Part shown: positions 36,544 through 49,150 of the stretch, piece by piece
Layout: the number at the start of each line of letters is the position of its first letter
Numbering within the stretch: the first letter of the stretch is position 1
Source: Hypanus sabinus
Lineage: Eukaryota
DNA length: 64,000 nt
Direction: 5' to 3'
Assembly (NCBI RefSeq): GCF_030144855.1
Contig: NC_082722.1
Location: 20,336,001-20,400,000, forward strand
The notes under the pieces: model-generated
What the model saw: the letters and a program-made list of their open reading frames with translations, nothing else
Database searches by the model: none
What the model was told of the DNA's origin: nothing
Made by a program: the position numbers and the translations under genes

Positions 36544-37197
36544 AAGGAAATCCTCTTGCATTTGTACAGAGCCCTGGTGAGACCGCACCTGGAGTATTGT
36601 GTACAGTTTTGGTCTCCAGGGTTAGGGAAGGACATCCTGGCTGTAGAGGAAGTGCAGCGTAGATTCACGAGGTTAAATCCTGGGATGTCTGGACTGTCTT
36701 ACGCGGAGAGGTCAAAGAGACTGGGCTTGTACACGTTGGAATTCAGGAGATTGAGAGGGGATCTGATTCAAACATATAAGATTATTAAGGGATTGGACAA
36801 GATAGAGGCAGAAAATGTGTTCCAGATGCTGGGAGAGTCCAGTACCAGAAGGCATGGTTTGAGAATAAGGGGTAGGTCATTTAGGACAGAGTTAAGGAAA
36901 AACTTCTTCTCCCAGAGAGTTGTGGGGGTCTGGAATGCACTGCCTCGAAAGGTAGTGGAGGGCAATTCTCTGGATGCTTTCAAGAAGGATCTAGATAGGT
37001 ATCTTGTGGATAGGGGAATCAAGGGATATGGGGACAAGGCAGGGACCGGGTATTGATAGTAGATGATCAGCCATGATCTCAAAATTGTGGTGCAGGCTCG
37101 AAGGGCCGAATGGTCTACTTCTGCACCTATTGTCTATTGTATAGATAGAGTGAATGCAAGCAGGCTTTTTCCACTGAGGTTAGGGGAGAAAAATAAC
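36544..37197 (+). mobile_element. Young 5'-truncated CR1 plus a short second-family CR1 fragment, flanked by a 28-bp direct repeat
   Basis: LYRALVRPHLEYCVQFWSP and a (ctattgt)n tail. Repeat agaaaatgactcacaaataaa(a/t)atcagc at 36516-36543 and 37198-37225. Confidence 0.9.
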
Positions 37198-37330
37198 AGA
37201 AAATGACTCACAAATAAATATCAGCTATTTAATTGTTCTTACAAACATTGTTTACGCAGTTATCTGTAGAATGAGCATGCCATAGAATCAAGACGTATGG
37301 ACGCCGCAGCAGAGCTTCAGAAACATTTAT

Positions 37331-37600
37331 CTGACAGAATCATGCTTTCAATAAAAATCTTATTTTGAACATATTGCCATTCTCTTAAACCGCAAACGAG
37401 CTGTCTGCCACATACATGTTTCTGAGAGGTGCAATCTTTGACCATAGATTTTCCATGATGTCACCAACAGACTCGCGAGTGCATTTCAATTCTCAAAGAG
37501 TGTCTTAGTTTCCATAAACGCAAACTATAATTACATTCTTGGTAACTGGCATGTTAATTAAAACCTTTATTCAGAACAACTTTTTATAGAAAACCTGCGC
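37331..37600 (-). pseudogene. Decayed V exon paralogous to gene A
   Basis: One frame reads NVIIVCVYGN*DTL*ELKCTRESVGDIMEN...LRNMYVADS, then CGLRE after a frameshift. This aligns with NVTMLCRFPLIQDTVDVLWWREGENVFLER...LDVKFADS..CGAKD. Confidence 0.6.
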
Positions 37601-37999
37601 AAGCTCGCATGCAAACATTCGTATTTGCGTATTACAAAGAGTAAGTTAACATATAACCAGTTTGAGAGGATTTGAAACTACATTTGAATGGCACATAATA
37701 ATATTATCTGATGGCATTTCACATGGGCAGTGGAATAGAGAAGGGGATCCTCCAGGCACGCACGACTACACGCATTTAAATATTTTAATATATTAATTTA
37801 AATACTTGGACTCATGAGTCACCGATGTGGGATCTGTACTTGGGTCTCGTGAAACACAATTCCTTGCACACATTCCGAGCATTCAACATTCAATATTCAG
37901 CAATCTGAACCATTAGTCTATTTACTTATCAATTTTGTTAGGACACTGAATTTTCATTGAATATGAAATTATAATCACTGTTTCTTATTTTACGGTAAT

Positions 38000-38790
38000 C
38001 CAGAAATCTCCTGGTCTCCGCAGGTTAAATGATCCGCGAGATGTGTACGTCATATCGAAAAACATTCATCTGCAGAGGCACAGAGCATGGAATAATAGTT
38101 GGGTGGTGATTCTAGACGTAGATTCTGGAGGGAGATAAGCAAAAACACTACAGCTATCAGTGCTGATATCTAACAAATAAAGGAGAGGGATAATGGGAAC
38201 AATTGCAGAAGAACTGGAAGGCAGATGAAACCAGGTGCGGATTGGGAACAGAGAATACTTTGTGTGAATTGTGTGTGCGGTGAATGGATGGAACGAGGAG
38301 GATGAGATAAAGAACACGTGTGTGTAGGAGCTGAGGTAAGTGTGGATAGGGTTTAACCTACAGCATCAAACTCGGTGAGTAATTTCGCCGTTTGCAGAAT
38401 GTATAACTTGAATATGAGGCCAGATATAAGCTGACCTTGATTGAAAAGGATGCTGTGCTCCAGCAAGGTACAATGAATTGGTTTAGCCACACTTGTGAAC
38501 TATTTGTAACATTTTCATGTGAGGATTACAGCAAAGCCTCTCTAAATTGGGTCAAGTAGCACCTATGGAGAAAAGTGGAAGGTCGACTTTTTTGGACTAG
38601 ACTTGATCAGGACTGGAAAAAAAAAAAGAGGAGAGTTAGCCGGTATTAAAAGGTCGTGCAACAGTTGGAGCAAGAGTTGGAGAGTAATAGATGGATTCAG
38701 GTGAGGAAGTGATAGGCAGTTAAAGGGGTGAGATTCATTGTGACCCATCAAGCTGGTCGTGATGGGTGGAAGCAACAAAGACTGAAGAAG
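38000..38790 (-). mobile_element. Penelope-like/SINE tail fragments
   Basis: Typical pLTR-like sequence with a degenerate hammerhead-like core near 38580-38612. Confidence 0.4.
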
Positions 38791-39389
38791 TGAGATTATT
38801 TCACCAGTGTGAAATTCCATTCTTTTACACGCATGAACAACTGTCGATCATATGACATATTACAGGTGCACCCAACATTCCACAAGATGTTACTCGCGAC
38901 AGTAGCACACTTACAAATATGTAGCATGTTAATTGCACGTAAACTCGAAGATCACGAATTTCGAATGGTAGAATGCACACTATTGACTTCTGAAAGCAGC
39001 TTAGACACTATTGTAATACTTCGCTTTTTGAGCTTTCTGCTAAATCACTATGATCGTCATTTTCTGTTCTTCATTCGTCCCTCTGCATGCTCACAAATAA
39101 CATGGAAGTTTAACGCGTCTGAAATCCTCCCCCTCGATAATGGCATATCCAATCACATTTACAGTTCACACTTCCTTTTTCCACTACAGCTCCTATCGAA
39201 ATGCTGAATTCTTCCATCATTTTGAATGTGTTGTTGGGATTTCCAGTATCTGCAGATTTTCTCTTGTTTATCTCCGTATTAGGTAGGATGGCATTGTCAC
39301 TATTCAGTTGCATTATGAAGATCTCCAACGATTAATTGTTATGAGTTTGGTCTTATAAGTTAAAAGGCTGGATCAATGAAGAAAATCAT

Positions 39390-40400
39390 TACTTCAAATT
39401 ATTAATTCAGAAGGTTTAAAAAAATAGGTAATGCTGGAGATCTAGAAGATTCTGAGGCTAGTAGGAAGGAACTTAAGAATGGAATTCGTGGAGTCAGAAG
39501 GGGAAATGAGAAGTTCTTGGCGAGCAGGATTAAAGAAAATCCCAAGGCTTTGTACAAGTATGTGAAAAGCACGAGGTAAGGCGTGAGGAAATAGGACCAA
39601 ACAAGTGTAACAGTGGAAAGTGTGTATGGAACCGGAGGAGATAGCAGAGGTACGTTATGAATAATTTGCTTCAGTGTTTACTACCAAAAAGGATCGTGGC
39701 GATTGTAGGGATGACTTACAGCGGATCAAAAAGCTTGACCATATAGTCATTAAGGAACAGGATATGCAGGAGCTTTTCGAAAGCATCAGGTTGGATAAGG
39801 CTCCGGGTTCGAACGAGACAGGTTCCAGAGGATTAAGGGGATGACGATATTGTTCCCTTATTCAAGAAATGGACTAGAGATAACCCAGGAAATTATAGAG
39901 CAGTGAGTCTTAATTCAGTGGTTGCTAGTTTGATGGAAAAAATCCTGATAGGCAGCATTTATGAACATTTTGAAGGGAATCATATGAATACGTATTGCCA
40001 GCATGGCTTTGTCAAAGCAGGTCGTGCTTTACCAACCTGATAGCATTTTTTGCGGATGTTTCTAAACACATTGATGAATGTAGTGCAGTAGATGTAGTGT
40101 ATATTAATTTCAGCTAGGCATCTGACAAGGTATTCCATGCAAGACTTATTGAGAAAGTAAAGAGGCACGGGATCGAAGGGAACTTCTTTTGTGGATCTAG
40201 AATTGGCTTGCCCACAAAAGGCAAAGTGTAATTGTAGACGGGTCATATTCTGCATGGAGGTCGGTGTCCAGTGGCCTCAAGAATGCCTTTATTATGGGAA
40301 CCCTTCTCTTCGTGATTTTTATAAATGACCTGGATAAGGAACTAGAGGGGTGCGATAATAATTGTGCTGATGACAAAAATTATGAGGTGTTGTGGATAGA
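39390..40400 (+). mobile_element. CR1 ORF2 fragment
   Basis: Degenerate RT (PGNYRAVSL, VVYINFS, LFVIFINDLD). Confidence 0.75.
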
Positions 40401-40739
40401 CTTTTACAGACATTTGTACCATCTGCATTTGGGCGCGGAAACAATTGTTCTCCATTGCCATCCTCTGGGATGCCAAGCCTTTTGAGCTCATGGACCACTT
40501 GCTGCCTTTCCTAGAAAATCAGCAATATTGTTTCATTTTTAAACAATTCTTCATGCTGCAAATTCCTGAAAAAGTGCGAATAGTACTGACTAATACACCC
40601 GTAAAGTACCATAGAGTGCTTGATAAAACGGCTGGTAGTCTACACTCAGCCAGCCAGAGATGCATCAATCCTCCTCCTGTCCCTACCGCAATAAACTCAG
40701 TCTATAAGGCTTCCAATAAATGAATGGCCGCGGCCGCGA

Positions 40740-41741
40740 AACATATAACGCCAGGTTTGCGTTCTTACCTCGCTCGTTTTGGGACGAACGATAGGAAGTG
40801 CTTACATCTTTGCAACTTCGACTGTGCCAAGCACCCGGGCATCAGAGCTCTGTGAACACCGTGGGTTCCAGTTCCATTGAAAGTCTACTGTTCGTTGTGG
40901 ACACCCTTCCAGGGCGACGCTGCCTGTGTGATACGGCTGCTCAAATGAGTGTGTTGGCAGCATCGCCTATTGATGTGAAGGCAAAGAGAGACGCTGAAAT
41001 CCGCCAAGTGGGCGAGGTTTCAGTTACGACTTCGTCACAGCTGAACTGGATATACCTCTGCTTCATGCAGATTTCCTGTATTTCCAGGGACGGTTAGTCG
41101 ATCTTAAGAACGGCGGGCTTGTCAATGTCAGGGTCTTGGGGTCGTTACCCTGCTCTCCCAGTACGTTCACCGTAACGATTCTGTCAAGGACATGCACAAC
41201 CACAAGTTAGTTTATTCTACTACTGGTTCAACTACGAATTTCCACGCCTCAGCAAACCCACAAGCTCTATTATCTCAACAGCTTCGAACCAGGATTGATC
41301 GACGGGCAACTGCGCCTGCGCGTTCTACCACTTTGCCTCCGTCGGGCAGGTACACCGGACTGCAGCTGCACGGCGGGGTGTTCTGCTCCTCCCCCCCCCC
41401 CCAAAAAGCCCTTCCGATGTGTTCTGCCCTGCACCTGCCTAGGAATCCGGGTCTTGCCCAGGCCGTGTTTCCGCCTGGGAGGTTGCCCTAGCCGGGATAT
41501 ATGGGGCCCGAACAGGGGCGGCTCTCCTGCCCGACCTCTGGGATCCTCCTGCCTCGTCTGACTCTGGAATCCTGCTCTGCCTGCCTGAATTCTGGAATCC
41601 TGCTCAGCCTTCCCGACTAAGACTCTCTGCCTGAATCCCAGCATTACCCCTCGCATGCCATGGCATCGCCCTCCTGTCTTACCTGAAATCTTCAGTGCCT
41701 GCGTCCTGCACTTTGTTCTATTCCTGCCCCCGCTCCTGACA
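40740..41741 (+). mobile_element. Gypsy protease fragment (40.8-41.18 kb) and an adjacent LTR (41182-41741)
   Basis: RRCLCDTAAQMSVL. TGTCA...TGACA termini with internal ctctggaatcctgctc repeats; no matching TSD. Confidence 0.6.
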
Positions 41742-42345
41742 AAAGATGATGTCAGCATTTCTGCTAACATGAATGGTGCAGAGTAACGAAGAGTTATTAA
41801 CACAATAAGAGAGCTCAAACAGAGTGTGACCAAATACATTTGAGACCAGGCAACACATAACTAGATTTTAACGGATGTAATCAAGCATTAGATGAAAAAT
41901 AACAAACGATGCGTTTCAAGAAGATGTGGTGAGGCAAACGTAGCCATAGAAAAGCATCGCATGAATGGTGTACTGCAGGTAGCTGAAACATGCTGAGCTG
42001 TAAAGAGTTGAACATGATAACATTAAATACATCGGAAAAACAAATTGAAAAAGAATGAATGGATATTTTGCACTGGATACAGCTACACGGATTAGTGCAT
42101 TTGAAGTTTACGATATTTTGGTAGATTGTGATTGATTTTCGTGCCTGTTTTTAATCCCCCTTGCTAATCTCAGATTTGCAATGTTTTCAGGTTTGTCATG
42201 TTCTATATTAGGGCATTAACTCCAAGTAATACAATATCACCCCATATGCAGTCCTCTTTGTCTGAATATGAGAATAGTTTCAGGCAGAGTAAATACATGT
42301 TCATAACGTGCTGTAGATTTACATCTTCATATCTTAAGAACTTTG

Positions 42346-43040
42346 GAGGTAATAGACAATAGACAATAGGCGCAGAAGTAGACCCTTCGGCCCCTCGAGT
42401 CTGCACCGCCATTCTGAGATCATGGCTGATCATTCACTATCAATACCCAGTCCCTGCCTTGTCCCCATATCCCTTGATTCCCCTATCCATCAGATTTCTA
42501 TCTAGCTCCTTCTTGAAAGCATCCAGAGAATTGGCCTCCACCGTCTTCCGAGGCAGTGCATTCCACACCTCTACAGCTCTCTGGGAGAAGAAGTTCTTCC
42601 TCAACTCTGTTTTAAATAACTGACCTCTTATTCTCAATCCATGCCCTCTGGTAACTCTCCCAACATCTGAAACATATTTCCTGCCTCAATCCTATCAAAT
42701 CATTTAATTATCTTAAACGTTTCAATCAGATACCCTCTCAATCTCCTCAATTCCAGCGTGTACAAGCCCAATCTCTCCAATCTCTCCAATCTCTCTGCGT
42801 AAGACAGCCCTGCCATCCCAGGAATCAACCTAGTGAATCTACGCTGAACTTCCTCAATTGCCAGAATGTCCTTCCTTAAACCTGGAGACCAAAACTGTAC
42901 ACAATATTCCAGGTGTGGTCTCACCAGGGCCCTGTACAAATGCAAAAGGACATCCTTGCTCTTGTACTCAGTTCCCCTTGTAACAAAGGCCAACATTCCA
43001 TTTGCCCTCTTCACTGCCTGTTGCACTTGCTCATTCATCT
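42346..43040 (-). mobile_element. Young CR1 3' fragment, same family as 36.5 and 59.8 kb
   Basis: Near-identical RT end and (ctattgt)n tail. Confidence 0.9.
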
Positions 43041-43589
43041 TATTATTTTCCACAAGCGACTTCAGACTCACTCGATCCAATGATTTCTGGGAGAGTAGTC
43101 CACTCATTTGTGAATTAAAGTACAGAAGTTCAAAGTTTAAAAAAAATATATCAAAGTGCATTTATGTCACTCTATACGACCGTGGGATTGAATGGCTGGC
43201 GATCATACTCAATAAATCCATAGAAAATAAAATTATCATGATCAATGAAAGACTGCAGCAAAGTGGACATACAACCAGCGTGCAAAAGACAACAAACTAA
43301 GCAAATACAAAAGGAAGGAAATAATAAGTAAATAAACAATAATTATCGAGAAATTGAGAGTGTAACGAGGGAACAATTGATGGTGGAGAATCGAAGTGCA
43401 GAGAAAGGTGTTGATTAACTTAGACCCGTAATAAGCAAAGCGACACATACGAAATCCAAAGGCGAAATGACGGGCGGTCAGAACTGCTCCGCTTGAAACC
43501 TCAGTACTCAGCACGAGGGCTTAAGGACAGGATTTTTATAAAAAATATGGCAGTAAATAATTGGCTGTCTGAGTCTTAAAATGACAGTA

Positions 43590-45150
43590 GCAGTTCGCCA
43601 TACTCCGATGAACTGGACTGCCGAAACGTGCATTCCTGTCACAGTTCAGTTGTGACGGTGACAAAACCCACCCTTCCTACATTTGGCTCCTGACCACCCA
43701 GTTCGATCAAGATGGTGGTGATGATAGTCCTTCATCAAGGTAGGAAACAGGATGTCCGGTGAAGGAATCCAGATTCTTTCTTCTGCACCGCATCCCTCCC
43801 AGTTCAGGAGGTACTGCCTTTTACCACAAAGAATATGGGTTTCCGAAAGACACCGGACCGTTTCGGCAGGTTGTCCTTCAACAATTCTGAGAGGCGCAGC
43901 AGGTTAGGGAACCGAAGCTAATGGGCTGTTACGAAATACTTTGAGGCGGCATACGTGTAATATGAGGTGAATCGTCATGGTGCAGAACACTTGGAGATGA
44001 TATGTAACTGGGTTGACCCGTCACAGGATTTTTAACAGTTCGATGTATCGAGGGGCCAATATCTGATTTCAACCCACGTGAGAAGATCTCCAGTTCGGAT
44101 GCAGTTGCGAGCCAGACCCACTGATCGAAGGTATGGCCAGCCCCTGTCTTCTCTGGCGATTGGCCTGGTCTTGTTGTGCCGGTCAATTGACCAACAACGC
44201 TTCTCTCGCCTGAAACGATTTTTGGCGACATATCTAGACTAATTATTCCGCTGATGGAAACACATTTTGCTTCTTGTTCCAGGAACAGCGGAGCACGGTA
44301 TCAAAATTGACATTGGAAAGCGGTCATCCATTAAGGCGAATGCTGAACTGTGTTAAGATCAAATTCCACCACCAGCAGAACCCCACCTTCCAGATCAGTT
44401 TATAACTACAGTTGATCGGCTTTCTCGAGTCGCGACATCTGAGTATTCTCTCAACGTCCTGGTTGACCCTCTCCATTAGCCCATTGGTGTACGGATAAAA
44501 CCCGGACTAAGCAGAGACCACAATGACCTCAGAACATGTCTTCCATGCGAAGAAAAGGCTGGGCTGCATTGTCTTATACTTCTGTTGATGATAGATATCA
44601 GCAGATCTATTCAACGTGTCATCACTAAACCAAATAAGATTCTCTTCTCGATTAAGTCTGCTCAATCACGCTTGTCAGGAACATTATTCAGTACAATAGG
44701 AACCGGAGAGATAACTCGTAGACTTGCCAAAGGAACTCGAGTGCAGTAGCAATTTGCTTCCATATTGTTTGCTGAACTTGCTCGCTGATTTTCTGAATCT
44801 ATAACACCAGACATTCTATGGCTTGTGATTCTGAATCTAGCAGTTTAAACGTGATTTTCCATCGATATAGTTTCCAAAGCTTTACGAGTGAACATCCCGA
44901 ACTCTAGTCACCGATTTGGAGTGCATTGCCCACTAATATTGGAAGCTAAATACTCAGAGACTGGATCTTACCAAAATCTATACACAGATCGTCCCAAATA
45001 TATTCGCTCCAGGTGGGATTTAAGAGTCACGCCTCAGTGTTCGGGAATTCCCATTTAATGCTGAATTTGCTGCACCTCCAATTTTATATAATAAAACTCA
45101 TAATTAAATACACCCTTCCTGACCGGCAAATGGTTCCCTCCTTAGCTATA
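43590..45150 (-). mobile_element. Chromoviral Gypsy remnant (integrase + chromodomain)
   Basis: SGFYPYTNGLMERVNQDVERILRC and RQYLLNWEGCGAEERIWIP. Confidence 0.75.
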
Positions 45151-45209
45151 CCACTATGCGATTTAGAGTTTAACTTCTGTTTTGTCACATTTTCGGCAAA
45201 TGTCTAGAT

Positions 45210-45850
45210 GTTATCTGCCTTACACACACTAACGAAAGAGGCCTATAGGGACGAAGTCATCTCTCTGACACAGTGGTGTCAAAAACAACCCTCAATTTCA
45301 CAAAATAAACGAAAGATTGTGGATTACAGGAGGAACGGAGAGGGGTGATCTCCTATTGCCATCAATGGATATGGGATTGAGAGAGTTAAAAGCTTCATGT
45401 TCCGCCGCATTCACATCACCAAGGACCGCACGTTGTCTGTATACACCAGCTGTCTGCTCAGAAAAGCACAATAGCCCTACTTTCACTTCAGGCGGTTGAG
45501 GAAGTTTCCTATGGACCCCTAAGAACTTTCTGCAGAGGCGCAGTTGAGGGCATCCTGACTGCCTGCATCACTTCCTGGAATGGGAAATGTATGTACCTCC
45601 CTCAAGCGCAGGATTCTGCAGAGAATGGTGCGCACAGCTCAGCGCATCTGTACTTGTGAACTTGATATGATTCAGAACATTTGGAAGACTGGTGTGAAAA
45701 AGGGCCAGAAGGTTCATTGCGGACTCGTGTCACCCCAAATCCAATATATTCCAGCTACTAAAATCCGGAAAACAGCGCCGCAGCATAAAAGTCAGGACCA
45801 ACAGGCCATCAGACGGATTAATTCACGCGGACACAATTTTATATTAAGCT
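45210..45850 (+). mobile_element. Rex1/Babar fragment
   Basis: Degenerate RT C-terminus, including ILQRMVRTAQRI. Confidence 0.7.
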
Positions 45851-46699
45851 AGCTTGACTGTTCTGTTGTATATCTTATTGTACATACTGAAGGCAGGGCG
45901 AAGTTAATATGGCGCTAAACGGCGACTCATTTGCTTGGATAGTCGTAAACAGTTTTATTTTAATCTTTGAAATCTCCTTTCCCCTCTTCAGTGTGGGGAT
46001 GGTTCTTTTAAAAAAACTTGACCTGTGGTTACACTTTGACTTTGATTCTTTGCGGGAATGGGACCCTCTTTCTGGGCCTCACGACCGGCCGCATTTTGAT
46101 ATCCCAAAGAAATGGCCTAGAAGACAAGCGTTCCTACAGGGTTGCAGGATTTTTGTGGCGATCTGGACATGCTGATTCTAGTTCAGTGTCCTGACAGAAG
46201 GTCACAGGAGGACAGGGAAGGTCGAAAGGAGTGGTTTGCTGTCGGGGGTTGTGTGCCCGGAGGGCTGCGCGTTTATGGTGCTGAATCTCCGGGAGCAGAG
46301 CTCGGAAAATAAGCGACGCGAAGGAATTTTAACATCGTCAATCAGCGAGTTGTTTATTATGCCTCCCCTCTCGCTCTGAAACAGGGAGGCGTCTCTTTCG
46401 CCTATTAGGGAGAGAGATGCAGTCTGTGGTGTGTAGAATTATCGGGTGAACGAGTAGTTTATCTGTACTGCACGTTCATATCTTTACTGATGCATCTTTT
46501 CTGGTGGGGGTTGAGTGGGGATGGTCATTGCCTTGCAGCTGCTTGTGACTGGGAAGTGTATTTGGGAGGGGATTCGGGATTTAATGTTTTTACTGATATT
46601 CATCCAGTGGTACTCCTCAGTTTTCGTGAATGACGTCAATGAAAAGGAATTTCAGAAGTTATATTGTACCCTCCTCTTGGGCCAAGATAAGTCCATCCT

Positions 46700-47130
46700 C
46701 AGTGTAGTGGACTAACAAGTTATATCGTGTCAGCGTAGCTTCGAACATGATTGCATAAATATTCATTTTTCCTTCGGGTAAAAAGAATTCCTGCCTACTA
46801 CCCTCTACTTCAATTCGCCACTCTGGCATTTTATCTCTTTTCACCCGCACTCATCCCCGCACCACACTCCGTGTCCCCTTCTGCCATATCTCCAATTGCT
46901 CATCCTCCTCTCCTCTCCTCACAATCATTCATCTTCAGCCCTGTATCTTTCTGAAGCATCTGGCTTCACCTTGCACCTATCCCCTCGCCCACCTTCCTGC
47001 TGTGGCGTCTATCACCTTCCTGTTCAGTCCTGAAGTAGGGTCCTACCCGGAAACTTCTACTGTTTATTCTTTTCCGTATATGCTGCCAGATTTGCTAAGT
47101 TCCTTCAGCATTTTCTCTGTGTAACTTCAG
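46700..47130 (+). mobile_element. Penelope-like pLTR fragment
   Basis: Pyrimidine-rich tail and a degenerate hammerhead-like core near 47025-47055. Confidence 0.5.
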
Positions 47131-47459
47131 AGACTGTTGTGCATGAAAATCCCCAGGGCATCAGCAGGTTGTGAGATGCCCATGCCGCGCTATCTGACAT
47201 CAACAATCATTCCTTGGTCAAAGACAGCAGAACCTGTTGACCATTTTTACATGTTTCAATGCAGAGATGATGTCATGATTAGCTGATTAGATATTTGCAT
47301 TAACGAGCTGTTACATATGTCACGTACCCAATGACCGGGTTAAAGAACCAGCAGAAATGGAAAACACTTTGGAGTCTGTTATTACTATGAACTAATAATG
47401 TTTATTTGTAAACTACACAATGCAGTTACATAAATGCAAATATATTATATTGATCAGGT

Positions 47460-47798
47460 NNNNNNNNNNNNNNNNNNNNNNNNNNNNNNNNNNNNNNNNN
47501 NNNNNNNNNNNNNNNNNNNNNNNNNNNNNNNNNNNNNNNNNNNNNNNNNNNNNNNNNNNNNNNNNNNNNNNNNNNNNNNNNNNNNNNNNNNNNNNNNNNN
47601 NNNNNNNNNNNNNNNNNNNNNNNNNNNNNTCTTTCAAACCTAATGGTAAATGTGAATGTAAATGGTAATTNNNNNNNNNNNNNNNNNNNNNNNNNNNNNN
47701 NNNNNNNNNNNNNNNNNNNNNNNNNNNNNNNNNNNNNNNNNNNNNNNNNNNNNNNNNNNNNNNNNNNNNNNNNNNNNNNNNNNNNNNNNNNNNNNNNN
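47460..47798. other. Two N runs (47460-47629 and 47671-47798)
   Basis: Directly visible in the sequence. Confidence 1.
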
Positions 47799-48229
47799 TC
47801 AACCTTCCCGTTGTCTTCCGAAGTCCTGTTGTGGTCACCAAGGATGACCACGATACGTACGACCGTTCTTCAGTGCTGGAATTATTAGCCTGGCAAGGGT
47901 GGACACACAAATCATCTATCTAAGCCCCTGTGTTTTTAAACTTCTAATTACCGAGCCAATCATACTTTGAAAAGTCCCTGGAGCATTTTTCATTCTGATA
48001 GGTAAGACATCATATTCATATAACCCTGACGGTGTGACAAATGCTGAGATTTCGCTAGCCCTGTCATTTAACGGAACACACGAGTATCCATTCAGCAAGT
48101 CAATTTTCGGGATGTACCTAGCCTTTCCCACCCTATCAATGCAATCATTTACTCTCAGCATAGGATAAGCATCAGTCTCTGTGATGTTATTTACTTTCCT
48201 GAAATCGGAAAAAAACGCAAGGCGACTCC

Positions 48230-49150
48230 CAGTCCGACGTAGATGGCCTAATGGATTATTGATTACATGACTGGCGGACCACAGTATGTGCACTTGCAAC
48301 ACTGTGTGTCAGACAGAGTGGTCAGCAGCACTGGGACTCCACAGGGGTCTGTCCTATCGCCCTTTCTCTTCACCATCTACACCTCGGAATTCAACTACTG
48401 TCAGAGTCTTGCCATCTTCAGAATTTTTCTGATGACTCTGCCATAGTTGGATGCATCAGCAAGGGAGATGAGGATGAGTACATGGCTATGGTGGGAAATG
48501 TTGTCACATGGTGTGAGCAGAATCATGTGCAGCTTAACGTGATAAAGTCCAAGGAGCTGGTGGTGGACCTGAGGAGGGCCAAGGCACTGATGACCCTGTT
48601 TCCATACAAAGGGACAGTGTTGACATTGTGGAGTGTTACAAGTACCTGGGGATACGAAGTGACAATAAACTGGACTGTTCAAATAACACTGAGGCTGTCT
48701 ACAAGAAGGGTCAGAGCCGTCTCTATTTCCTGAGGAGACTGAGGTCCTTTAACATCTGCCGGACGATGCTGAGGATGTTCTACGAGTCAGTAATGGCCAG
48801 TGTTATCATGTTTACTTTTGTGTGCTGGGGCAGCAGGCTGGGCTTAGCAGACACGAACAGAATTAACAAACTCATTCGCAAGGCCAGTGATGTTGTGGGG
48901 TGGAACTGGACTCTCTGACGGTGGTGTCTGAAAAGATGATGTTGTCCAAGTTGCATGCCATCTTGGACAATGTCTCCCATCGGCTCCATAAGGTACTGGT
49001 TATGCACAGGAGTGCATTTAGCCCGAGACTCATTCCACCGAGATCCAGCACTAAGCGTCATTGGAAGTCATTCCTGTCTGTGGCAATCAAACTTTACAAC
49101 TTCTCCATCGGAGTGTCAGTCACTCTGAGCCTGACACTGAGCCTGACAGT
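48230..49150 (+). mobile_element. Rex1/Babar LINE 3' portion inserted in the Gypsy element
   Basis: TPQGSVLSPFLFTIYT, FSDDS and KKGQSRLYFLRRLRSF. Confidence 0.9.

Noticed and set aside
38900-39050. Near-ITIM strings (IVSKL, SVHSTI) on the minus strand
   Set aside because: Both lack the tyrosine, and there is no open, spliceable frame.
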